This document shows positions 38,271-46,323 of a stretch of 61,021 nucleotides of DNA, one piece after another (position 1 is the stretch's first letter; every line of letters starts with the position of its first letter). A program made the position numbers and the translations under genes. Location: the IMG/VR virus record IMGVR_UViG_3300007276_000003, positions 1 through 61,021 of that record; one strand, 5' to 3'. The notes under the pieces were generated by a model. It saw only the letters and a list, made by a program, of their open reading frames with translations. It searched no databases and was not told where the DNA came from. Origin of the DNA: a virus. Taxonomy: Duplodnaviria > Caudoviricetes.

Positions 38271-40381
38271 TTAGCCTATTTTTTGAATCATATAATTTAA
38301 TGCTGATGCTCCCGGATTCTTAGCTACTGAAATATCTACAATGTTTGTAGTGCTTCTAGCAATTTTTACTTCCACATTATCATATGGAGATGTATTACTA
38401 TAAACTTGAACCATAACATTTCTTGTTCCAAAGTTGTGAGTAATTTGCCAACTTGTAGCATTTCCGATTGTACCTGTTTTTTCTCTTGCAGTTTGACAAG
38501 AAACAACTTCTGTACAGAAGTTCTGAACTTGTGATGCAGCAATATCAATAGTAACATCTGCTGCTGCCGTAACAAGACCTTTATCGTCTACAGTTATTTG
38601 TGATACTGTATCTTTTTTTCCGTATGTTGCTGCTTTTACTCCTGAAGCCGGTATGCTTACTGCTCCTGCAGTTACACTTAGTCCACCTGCAGTTGGGAAG
38701 TTAGCAATACCTTGAACCGTTGCAGTTGCAACATCAATGTTTTTGTTAATCTCTGTCCAATCTGCTGCACTTGTAGGATTATCTTGATTAGCAATAATTA
38801 AATCACCAACCTCTAAAGCAGGGTTCCAAAAGTTTGCAGGTACACCTGTACCGGCTTTGGTTACTGCATAAGTAAATCCTTTTTTAATTGAAGTTCCTGT
38901 TGGTGCTGCAGTTGATGCATCATATCCACCTTGATAGATTAATGAACCTGAACCTGCAAATGTAGTATCTACATAATTTTTTGAAGCTGCATCTTGTGCT
39001 GCCGTTGGTCAGCCATATCAACAATCTTCTTGCCATTCATATCCAAGTCGGCAGTCGGATTAGCAAAGTCATTTAGTTTAATATCACCAATAACAACTTG
39101 ACCATTTAAACTACTAAAGCATCCTGCTAAAGTATCTCTAGTTGGGTCTATATCACCTTTTGGTGGGTCTAGTTCACATAGGTCTAGGTTTATTGTTACA
39201 TTACCTGTAGCACTTGCTACCGTATCAATACCTACTGAACCTGCAATAGTTACTGTATCACCATCTGCAATACCTTGTGCAGTACCGGTATCACCTGTAA
39301 TTTTAAAGCCATCCATTGTTCCCGGTGCACTTCCGTTAGTAACAGATGTAATGTGACCCGTTGCATTTGTAATAATTTGTGACGGGTATGTATATGTACC
39401 TGCAGTTCCAAAAGCATCGTGGTTTATAGTTACTGTATCGTTAGCACTTACTGTTCCTGTAAGAGCAGTACCACCACTAATTGTAACTGTATCACCATCA
39501 CTAACTGTTTCTGCAGTACCACCGTCTGATGCTAAATCAAACGAAGACATTGTTCCTGCTCCACCTGTAGATGCTGCAGTTACTCTACCTTGAGCATCTA
39601 CGGTAATGTTGGCTGAAGTAAATGAACCTACGTTTGAATTTACTGAAGGCATTTCAATATCAACCGTTAAAGGAGTAGATGTAGCAACAGTTAATGTTGA
39701 AGACGTGAACGCAACCGTGTTTCCTGAAGCTACAGAAAATGGATTTTTTCCATCTGTAATATCAAATCCTGCGAATCCTGAAGGAATAGTTGCCCAAGTT
39801 CCATCTCCCTTTAAATACTTTACATTGTCTGCTGCTGCCGGTGCAGGTACTGCACCTTTAGTTCCTGCAGTTGTTCCGTTTGCACCTGTAAAGTCATTAA
39901 TACTAATAGCCGGTGAAGTACCTCCACTTGAAACTATTGGAGCAGTTCCTGACACTCCTGTTACTGTACCTGTGTTAGCAGTAAAAGGTAAGTCTTGTAC
40001 GGATGCATAATTAACAACACTCTTTGAATCTGAATAAATAATGTGTGCCTCTAAAGGAACAGGTGTATTTGATAAATTAGTTGCTGCAAGAATAAGGTTA
40101 TTTGCTGATGCTCCATAATCAGGACTAATTGTTATTGCACCTGTTGAGGAAGATGCAGTAAGACCTTTACCTGCAGATATACTTGTTACACCACCTTGAC
40201 CATCTAACTCTACCCAAGCTTTATTTACATCGTCATAATACTTTATTGTACCTGCCTGTGAATCGTAAACGATTTGACCCCCACCCAAATTGGATGCCGG
40301 AGTACCTGCTGAACTTTGCAATAAAACATTTTGGATTTCTAGTCCCGTTAAGTCTATCGCATCTAAAAATTTTATTGCCAT
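38271..40381 (-). pseudogene. Tail fibre protein interrupted by a single-base frameshift at about 39007 (about 703 aa if restored)
   Basis: Adding one base restores MADPTAAQDAASKNYVD, and the frame then stays open to TAA at 38271-38273. Confidence 0.8.
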
Positions 40382-40404
40382 AATTTCTTTTTTTTTTAAT
40401 TTTT

Positions 40405-41139
40405 TTAGTTACAATAAGCTTGACCTGAAAATGGTGCAGCAAATGTAACTGTTACTCTGTTTTTATTAATATAATCTACTCTGCCAAATACTTCTTCGTT
40501 GAATGAATTTACTGCAGTCACCGAAGGGAACTTGTTTAAATTGTGTGTAATGTCCCATTGGAAGATTGGTGTTCCTTGCGTAAAAACAAAAGTTTTATCA
40601 CCTGTACTAGCCGATGGATTCCATTGCAACAAAGATATAAAATATTCTTGATTTTTTTCAAGAGCACCTTCACCTGCAATAAGGGTCACACCAATGGTAT
40701 GAAATTGAGGAGTTGAGTATAAAGTTGAAGAATCCCAATCATAAACTCCAAACTTGCTTACATCTTTAGTGTTGGTTATCAAAACCTGAGAACCAATTAA
40801 ACTAGTATAAAAACTTGAAATGTCTGTGGGAGTTCCTTGACTCACATATTGTAAACTAAAATCACTCAATACAAACTCAGTTACTTGGTCAAAGTCAATG
40901 CTATTTCCTACCGGTGGGTCAAAAGATATTGTACCCTTTTCTAAGGTTGGTTTCTCTGCAGTTAATACTTGAAACTTAAATCTTATTGTTTGTTGGTCTA
41001 TTGCAGAAGATTCGTTTATATAATGTACTACCTCATTTACGGAAAAGTTTTTTGTCCCTCCTGTAGATGAATCAGTACCAATCATTTTATCTCCTCCCCT
41101 GACGTGAGTATCTATAGGATATGATATGAGTCTAGACAT
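40405..41139 (-). CDS. Fibre adaptor/structural protein
   Basis: N-terminus similar to that of 34000..36165; C-terminal WDITHNL domain. Confidence 0.6.
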   Translation of the reverse strand: MSRLISYPIDTHVRGGDKMIGTDSSTGGTKNFSVNEVVHYINESSAIDQQTIRFKFQVLTAEKPTLEKGTISFDPPVGNSIDFDQVTEFVLSDFSLQYVSQGTPTDISSFYTSLIGSQVLITNTKDVSKFGVYDWDSSTLYSTPQFHTIGVTLIAGEGALEKNQEYFISLLQWNPSASTGDKTFVFTQGTPIFQWDITHNLNKFPSVTAVNSFNEEVFGRVDYINKNRVTVTFAAPFSGQAYCN

Positions 41140-41163
41140 TAATTGCTGAGTTTTTTATAAATA

Positions 41164-41171
41164 CAAAGGTA
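41164..41171 (-). promoter_or_regulatory. Bacteroidota-type -7 element
   Basis: TACCTTTG upstream of 41139. Confidence 0.5.
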
Positions 41172-41189
41172 CTGAAATTATTTGATGGT

Positions 41190-41585
41190 TTATTTTTTAG
41201 TTTCGGAATAAGACTTCATCATTTTCTCGCCTGTTCTCCCGATAACATAACCACCAATACCTATTTGTAAAAGGTTCCAAAACTCATTTTCTAATTCAGG
41301 TATTTTTAAATCGAATAAGGGAGCAACAAACTTTACATAGATTACTATAAAACCAAAAGCTAACATTAATATTGGTCGCCAACTTCTTTGTAACCAATTA
41401 CCTTTTGCTTCTGCAACTATGATTTCTGTTTGCATTTTTTGCAATTCTAATTCCTTCTGAATTAAAATTTGCTTGATAGCATTTTCTGCTAAAATCTTTT
41501 CTTCTTTAGATGTGAAGAGTTTGTCAAGACCTCCCATTATGTCTTTAACTACACTACCTCCGAACCATTCAACAATTTTTTTCAT
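41190..41585 (-). CDS. Holin (3TM/GTA-holin-like)
   Basis: WLQRSWRP plus transmembrane helices and GGYVIGR; adjacent to the amidase. Confidence 0.75.
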   Translation of the reverse strand: MKKIVEWFGGSVVKDIMGGLDKLFTSKEEKILAENAIKQILIQKELELQKMQTEIIVAEAKGNWLQRSWRPILMLAFGFIVIYVKFVAPLFDLKIPELENEFWNLLQIGIGGYVIGRTGEKMMKSYSETKK

Positions 41586-42006
41586 ATTCCATTTCGCTTA
41601 TGTACCTATACTCTTCGGTAGCATCAAAACTTGGACAAGCTTTATTAGCAAAATCTCTATGACCGTGCACTACACTATCAGTATGTATGGCTTTTAAAGT
41701 TAGTAATAAGGACTCAAGACTGTCCACTTGTTCTTGAGTTCTAGTATCTTTTGGAGTCTTTCCGTCAGACTCAACACCCCCGATATAACAAATTCCCAAA
41801 CTGCTTTTATTGTACTGTTTACAATGAGCACCGGGAACATTATCTTCTCTTCCTTTTTTAATTGTACCGTCTAAATACACGATGTAGTGGTATCCCACAT
41901 CTCTCCATCCTCTTCCGTTAACGTGCCAATCTCTTATTGTATCTATTGTGATGTGTTGACCTTCACGAGTTGCAGAGCAATGTACTATGAGTTTATCAAT
42001 CTTCAT
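41569..42006 (-). CDS. Endolysin, N-acetylmuramoyl-L-alanine amidase (T7 lysozyme-like)
   Basis: IVHCSAT, GYHY, GAHC, GICYIGG, GHRD, KACPSF. Confidence 0.93.
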   Translation of the reverse strand: MKIDKLIVHCSATREGQHITIDTIRDWHVNGRGWRDVGYHYIVYLDGTIKKGREDNVPGAHCKQYNKSSLGICYIGGVESDGKTPKDTRTQEQVDSLESLLLTLKAIHTDSVVHGHRDFANKACPSFDATEEYRYISEMEYEKNC

Positions 42007-42175
42007 TCTTTTTTTTAGACTCCTTGTTTAGTAAGTACCATCTTTGAGCCGTGTATCCAACTGAGAGGAAAAGCAAAGTAATCTTTAATATCATATCTAT
42101 ATGCGACATCGAAATCGCAAAAGTACCTATATTCAATAAGTACATTTTTATGTCACCCATCCAATTATTTATCAT
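41996..42175 (-). CDS. Small membrane protein (59 aa, holin/antiholin candidate), not in ORF track
   Basis: MINNWMGDIKMYLLNIGTFAISMSHIDMILKITLLFLSVGYTAQRWYLLNKESKKKNED; overlaps the amidase start. Confidence 0.6.
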   Translation of the reverse strand: MINNWMGDIKMYLLNIGTFAISMSHIDMILKITLLFLSVGYTAQRWYLLNKESKKKNED

Positions 42176-42251
42176 TACTAATGTAGTTATACATTATCGT
42201 TACGTCATCACCCAATGTAGATGATATAGTCCAATAGCTATTAATTTTCAT
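42165..42251 (-). CDS. 28-aa peptide
   Basis: MKINSYWTISSTLGDDVTIMYNYISNDK fills the intergenic gap. Confidence 0.35.
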   Translation of the reverse strand: MKINSYWTISSTLGDDVTIMYNYISNDK

Positions 42252-42282
42252 ATTTTGATTGTTATGCCGATTGTTATTTTCA

Positions 42283-42786
42283 TTATCCCCAAAGTGCTAT
42301 GATTTCTTTTGCATCAGTACCTGTTCCATAAACTTTCTTTACTTGTACAGGAAAGAATCCTACAGGAACATTTTGAAATGTTACAGTTGAACCTGATATA
42401 GTATCAACTTTTAAATTTCCACTCACACCAACATACAATACACAACCGTTATTTGCATTTGGATAACTACCATCAACAGGGTTTGCTTTATAAACTATAA
42501 AGTTTTCAGTACCTCCTACGTTTTTAAAAATATCTGCGTTTAAGACAAGTGTCGTTTCATCCACAACAAGGATTACAGTAGCTGCTTCTCCTGTCGTAGT
42601 ATTATAAACTATATCTAATTCTCTTACTCTATCTTTAACAAATGCAGTTGCAGATGTTGCAATTAGTTTATCAGTACTTACTGAATCACTAACCCCTTGA
42701 GATACTATATTTGTATAAGGTATATTACAGTTATCAGATACGATTACTTCTAAAGCTTCATAGCCTTGTAAAATGTTGTGTGCCAT
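42283..42786 (-). CDS. Putative structural protein
   Basis: C-terminal LYVGVSGNLKV...VKKVYGTGT beta domain. Confidence 0.5.
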   Translation of the reverse strand: MAHNILQGYEALEVIVSDNCNIPYTNIVSQGVSDSVSTDKLIATSATAFVKDRVRELDIVYNTTTGEAATVILVVDETTLVLNADIFKNVGGTENFIVYKANPVDGSYPNANNGCVLYVGVSGNLKVDTISGSTVTFQNVPVGFFPVQVKKVYGTGTDAKEIIALWG

Positions 42787-42791
42787 AATTA

Positions 42792-42947
42792 TTATTTTTT
42801 ATAAGGAAATTTTTCGTTTAATATTTTTTTCCTTGCTCCACACCCACAGTCTTTTTTTAATGCTTTGGCTCCTGCCTCAACAATTTTTTTGATTCCGGTT
42901 GCAGTTGTTATTTTTTCTATACTATCTCCTAATCCTTTTGATTTCAT
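42792..42947 (-). CDS. Small protein (51 aa), not in ORF track
   Basis: MKSKGLGDSIEKITTATGIKK...DCGCGARKKILN. Confidence 0.7.
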   Translation of the reverse strand: MKSKGLGDSIEKITTATGIKKIVEAGAKALKKDCGCGARKKILNEKFPYKK

Positions 42948-42952
42948 TTTGA

Positions 42953-43093
42953 TTATTTTTTACACATACATTGTGCAACAGGACATTCGTTTACATCAAT
43001 GATTAATTTTGAAACTAGCCAATTCCATTTGCAACAAAGTTTACACCAAACCTTTTGCATCCACATTCCTAACCTTACAAATAACTTACCCAT
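42953..43093 (-). CDS. Small Cys/Trp-rich protein (46 aa), not in ORF track
   Basis: MGKLFVRLGMWMQKVWCKLCCKWNWLVSKLIIDVNECPVAQCMCKK; abuts its neighbours. Confidence 0.6.
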   Translation of the reverse strand: MGKLFVRLGMWMQKVWCKLCCKWNWLVSKLIIDVNECPVAQCMCKK

Positions 43094-43094
43094 C

Positions 43095-43298
43095 TTAGAA
43101 GTTGTGCTTTGTTACTTTTAGATTGTTTGAATGGTAGCATCCTTGTGCTGAAGATTTGTTTCCTGAATATGCTTTCTTGCCATAAGCTTTTTCCATACCT
43201 TTAGATTCATCTCTTCTTGATTTCATAGACTGAGATTTTTTTCCATTTCTCATTCCCATTGACTCATCGAGTCTTGAATTATAACCTTGCTTTTTCAT
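43095..43298 (-). CDS. Small basic protein
   Basis: K/R/S-rich. Confidence 0.65.
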   Translation of the reverse strand: MKKQGYNSRLDESMGMRNGKKSQSMKSRRDESKGMEKAYGKKAYSGNKSSAQGCYHSNNLKVTKHNF

Positions 43299-43316
43299 AT
43301 TATTATTATTAATTAA

Positions 43317-43559
43317 TTATAAAAATCTTGGGTTCTTTGAAGAACCATACTTACTTGCCTTTGGTTTTTTAGTAGTTGCTTTCTTTACAGTTGTTCCAAC
43401 TTTCTTAGCAACTTTCTTTACACCCTTACCTACTGACGATACAGCATTTTTTACAGGGGAATTTGTTTTCTTTCTAATCAGTCCACCTTTAGCCATTTTT
43501 CTTTTTGACCCTAAGCCTCCTGCTTTCTTTCTAGTATGTACTTTTTTACCGTATGCCAT
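43317..43559 (-). CDS. Small highly basic protein
   Basis: Lys-rich with no acidic residues. Confidence 0.6.
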   Translation of the reverse strand: MAYGKKVHTRKKAGGLGSKRKMAKGGLIRKKTNSPVKNAVSSVGKGVKKVAKKVGTTVKKATTKKPKASKYGSSKNPRFL

Positions 43560-43577
43560 TGTTCTAAATTTATTTTA

Positions 43578-43585
43578 CAAATATA
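43578..43585 (-). promoter_or_regulatory. Bacteroidota-type -7 element
   Basis: TATATTTG upstream of 43559. Confidence 0.5.
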
Positions 43586-43879
43586 CTAATATTTTCCTTG
43601 CCTATTTTTTGGTGAGGACTTAGTGCTTCCACCCTTACCTGCCCAAAGTTTTTTACAACTCCAATACCTAGCAGTTAGTTTTGATTTAGCAGTTCCACAT
43701 TTATGTCTTGCCTTAAAAGATTTTCTCGCTTTAGAAGAATAATTATGCCCATATCCTTTTGCTCCAAAGTGAATTAACTTCTCTCTTCCGTTCTCACAAG
43801 CCTTAACCATTTTCTTTTTACCCGGTCTTGTACTTGGTCTAACGACATTGCACTTCATATTTTTTTTACTTACTGCCAC
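43586..43879 (-). CDS. Basic phage protein (RKSFKARHKC...ARYWSC type)
   Basis: Motif recalled as recurrent in aquatic phage genomes; function unknown. Confidence 0.7.
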   Translation of the reverse strand: MAVSKKNMKCNVVRPSTRPGKKKMVKACENGREKLIHFGAKGYGHNYSSKARKSFKARHKCGTAKSKLTARYWSCKKLWAGKGGSTKSSPKNRQGKY

Positions 43880-44373
43880 TACTTTTTATTTTTCTTAGTA
43901 AGGCTTTTAAGTTTAGCTAAAGCACTTTGAACTTTAGTTTTACCTTTTACAGTATTTTCTTTTGTTCTTTTTACTTTGTCTGCTTTTTTTCTTGGTGCAG
44001 GTCTTGAACCTGATTTCTTTACATCAACATTTGTTTTTCTACCTGTCTTAGTATTAAAGGTGGTAGTTTTAGTTTTAGTAATTCCTTTTCTTTTTGTAGT
44101 AACAGTCTTCTTAGCTTTCTCACCACTTTGCTCAACCTTTACAGTTCTCTTTGGTCCTGCTTTTACTGCAGCTTTGCTTTTATCAATTTTAGCTTGACCT
44201 CTTGCAGATAGTCCCGGTTTATTTAAAATTTCTCCGGCACGAACTTGTCTTTTGCCTTTGGCTTCTTTCTTCTTTAACCTAACTGCTCTTTTTTTATTTC
44301 TTAGGTTTTGTGTAGCTTCTGACTTTTTAGTTCTTCCTGCTACTCTTTGTGCTTTGGTTCTTCCTGTTGGCAT
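43879..44373 (-). CDS. Highly basic protein with histone H1-like composition
   Basis: K/R/T/A-rich, 164 aa. Confidence 0.65.
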   Translation of the reverse strand: MPTGRTKAQRVAGRTKKSEATQNLRNKKRAVRLKKKEAKGKRQVRAGEILNKPGLSARGQAKIDKSKAAVKAGPKRTVKVEQSGEKAKKTVTTKRKGITKTKTTTFNTKTGRKTNVDVKKSGSRPAPRKKADKVKRTKENTVKGKTKVQSALAKLKSLTKKNKK

Positions 44374-44468
44374 AATATTTATTATTAGTTTTTATATCTT
44401 TAATTGTAGCTACCCAATCTTTAGGCAGTCTATTTCGGTTGTATTGGTCAATTAACCATCTATCACTT

Positions 44469-44741
44469 CTATTTTCTTTTTCTACTGTGTGCTGCACTTT
44501 TAATTAACCTTTCTTCCATTTTCGCAACCTTAATTTTAAGATTGGTGTTTTCTATAATTAGTTCTTCAATCTTTAATTCTAAAGAATCAATCTTGTCTTT
44601 TAACTCTGTAATTATCTTTAAAGATAATTGGTCAAGCTTATCTCCCTCTCTTTCATTTTGGTCCATCTTCTTTTTGATTATAGACCAAATCTCTTTTACA
44701 CCAAAAGCAGACAACAATGCTATGAGTAATCCTTCATCCAC
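44469..44741 (-). CDS. Membrane-anchored coiled-coil protein
   Basis: N-terminal hydrophobic helix plus leucine heptads. Confidence 0.6.
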   Translation of the reverse strand: MDEGLLIALLSAFGVKEIWSIIKKKMDQNEREGDKLDQLSLKIITELKDKIDSLELKIEELIIENTNLKIKVAKMEERLIKSAAHSRKRK

Positions 44742-45109
44742 TATGCCCTTCTAGTTCTTTTACGAACTGCACTTACTTTTCTTCCTCCTGCACCTTGCTT
44801 ACCTATTCTAGCTTTCTCTCTTTGTTTAGAAGCTAATTTACTTCTAGACATTTCCGATTTAGTAACCGGAGTTTTTTTAGAAACTCTTTTAGATGGTCTA
44901 CAGTATTCACTTCTACCACCTGTTCCACAAGGTTTGCCTGTTCTAGTATCTACCCATTTTTCTTTTCCCCATCGTTTGAGATTAGAACCGGCTTCAGATT
45001 TTTTTACTTTACCTTTCTTTTTCCTACACTTTGCAGTAGCCTGTGCTGCTCTAGCCGACCACTTGCCGTAGCTTCTCATTACCTTTCTATAACACGCATC
45101 TTTTGGCAT
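44741..45109 (-). CDS. Basic phage protein (LKRWGKEKWVD...YCRP type)
   Basis: Motif recalled as recurrent in phages; function unknown. Confidence 0.7.
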   Translation of the reverse strand: MPKDACYRKVMRSYGKWSARAAQATAKCRKKKGKVKKSEAGSNLKRWGKEKWVDTRTGKPCGTGGRSEYCRPSKRVSKKTPVTKSEMSRSKLASKQREKARIGKQGAGGRKVSAVRKRTRRA

Positions 45110-45231
45110 TACCTTCCTTGTCCTCTATATTTTTTTTTGTACTTTACTTGACCTTTACTAGCATTCTTATTATGAGAATGAGATTTACGTTTTGTTTTAA
45201 CGTAAGTAGATACATTTGCTTTTCGTGCCAT
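45109..45231 (-). CDS. 40-aa basic peptide ending KKYRGQGR, not in ORF track
   Basis: MARKANVSTYVKTKRKSHSHNKNASKGQVKYKKKYRGQGR; stop/start overlaps on both sides. Confidence 0.7.
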   Translation of the reverse strand: MARKANVSTYVKTKRKSHSHNKNASKGQVKYKKKYRGQGR

Positions 45232-45482
45232 TAGCCTCTAGTACTTCTATTGTTTTTCTTTCTGTGTAATCTCATTTTACTACCTTTCAAATGAGCACCA
45301 CCAAATGTTAGATTACCACCTGATGAAACTTTTCTTTCACCACCTTCTTTCTTTTTCCAAACTGCAACATCCTTAGGTTTAAAAGTACTTAGGTCAGGTG
45401 TGGTATTTTTTTTAGCATCACCTTTTTTGTATACTTTATTTTCTTTTTTAGTTGTAGTTTTAGTATTACCTCCTTTATCCAT
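45231..45482 (-). CDS. Small basic protein
   Basis: Lys-rich; first gene after the minus-strand promoter. Confidence 0.55.
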   Translation of the reverse strand: MDKGGNTKTTTKKENKVYKKGDAKKNTTPDLSTFKPKDVAVWKKKEGGERKVSSGGNLTFGGAHLKGSKMRLHRKKNNRSTRG

Positions 45483-45490
45483 AATAAATG

Positions 45491-45509
45491 TATCTTTGCT
45501 ACAAAGATA
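45491..45509. promoter_or_regulatory. Face-to-face pair of -7 elements
   Basis: TATCTTTG-CTA-CAAAGATA, a perfect inverted repeat between divergent genes. Confidence 0.7.
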
Positions 45510-45523
45510 TTAAATTTAATTCA

Positions 45524-45952
45524 ATGGTTGATTACCTTAAATATTGGAGGGTAGTTCGTTATTTCATCAAGGCTAAGTATGGATTAAGCCAAGCTGATTT
45601 AGACATTATACTGTTTCTTCGTTCCGAAAAATATTTTTCAAAAGATGACTTTGACGAGTTCAATGAACTTGTTAGTTGGGATAAAAATAGATTTGAGAAT
45701 CTTCGCAAAGAAGGTTGGATAGATTCTTTTAGGAAACGTAAAGGTAAACGGAAAGCATTATACCAATTATCATATAAAGCACAGAGGGTAGTTACCTCTA
45801 TATATAAAAAACTAGAGGGTGAAGAGATACCTGAAAGTAAATCTTCTAACCCTCTATTTCTAAAAAATGTTTCCTATAATGATAAGGTTTATAGGAACTA
45901 CATTAAAAAACTAAACAAGTCTATTCGACAACAACAACATCTCTCTCAGTAA
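45524..45952 (+). CDS. Winged-helix (MarR-like) DNA-binding protein
   Basis: YGLSQADLDIILFL...LRKEGWI...LYQLSYKA; ATG at 45524 preferred because it lies downstream of the promoter. Confidence 0.6.
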   Translation: MVDYLKYWRVVRYFIKAKYGLSQADLDIILFLRSEKYFSKDDFDEFNELVSWDKNRFENLRKEGWIDSFRKRKGKRKALYQLSYKAQRVVTSIYKKLEGEEIPESKSSNPLFLKNVSYNDKVYRNYIKKLNKSIRQQQHLSQ

Positions 45953-46178
45953 TTACAGTATATAAAATATCCTGAATCATCATAGAGTATCCTGCACGAG
46001 AATCATAATAGATGGTGTCGTTTGGTTCTATATTATTTACATCAGTACCTGATGCATTAACAGTTCCTTTCCTGTATCTAATATTATCTACATCGTCTGC
46101 AGACAATAAAATACCTGATTCTGTTTTAACCTCTTCCTTTACCGGAGTCAGTAGTATGTACTTTCCTATTGGCTTCAT
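45921..46178 (-). CDS. groES: Co-chaperonin GroES (Cpn10)
   Basis: MKPIGKYILL...KTESGILL...GTV...ITERDVV. Confidence 0.88.
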   Translation of the reverse strand: MKPIGKYILLTPVKEEVKTESGILLSADDVDNIRYRKGTVNASGTDVNNIEPNDTIYYDSRAGYSMMIQDILYTVITERDVVVVE

Positions 46179-46308
46179 AATATTTTTCGCTTTCGGTTTG
46201 GTTGAGGTTCTTAACGTAGTAACCTTCTTTCTTTAAAAGTCTAATAGCTTTTTGAATTTCTTCTTCCTTCATTCGGAAGTGGTGAAATATTTGATTATCT
46301 ATTGGCAT
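46126..46308 (-). CDS. Hypothetical protein between groEL and groES
   Basis: Fills the gap; amphipathic helix. Confidence 0.5.
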   Translation of the reverse strand: MPIDNQIFHHFRMKEEEIQKAIRLLKKEGYYVKNLNQTESEKYYEANRKVHTTDSGKGRG

Positions 46309-46323
46309 TGTATTAGTATTAAA

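Noticed and set aside
38366-38575. 69-aa ORF in the track
   Set aside because: Off-frame overlap with the true C-terminal part of the frameshifted fibre gene.
44327-44497. 56-aa GTG-start ORF on the minus strand (..WLIDQYNRNR..)
   Set aside because: Plausible gap filler, but it overlaps both neighbours and has no other support.
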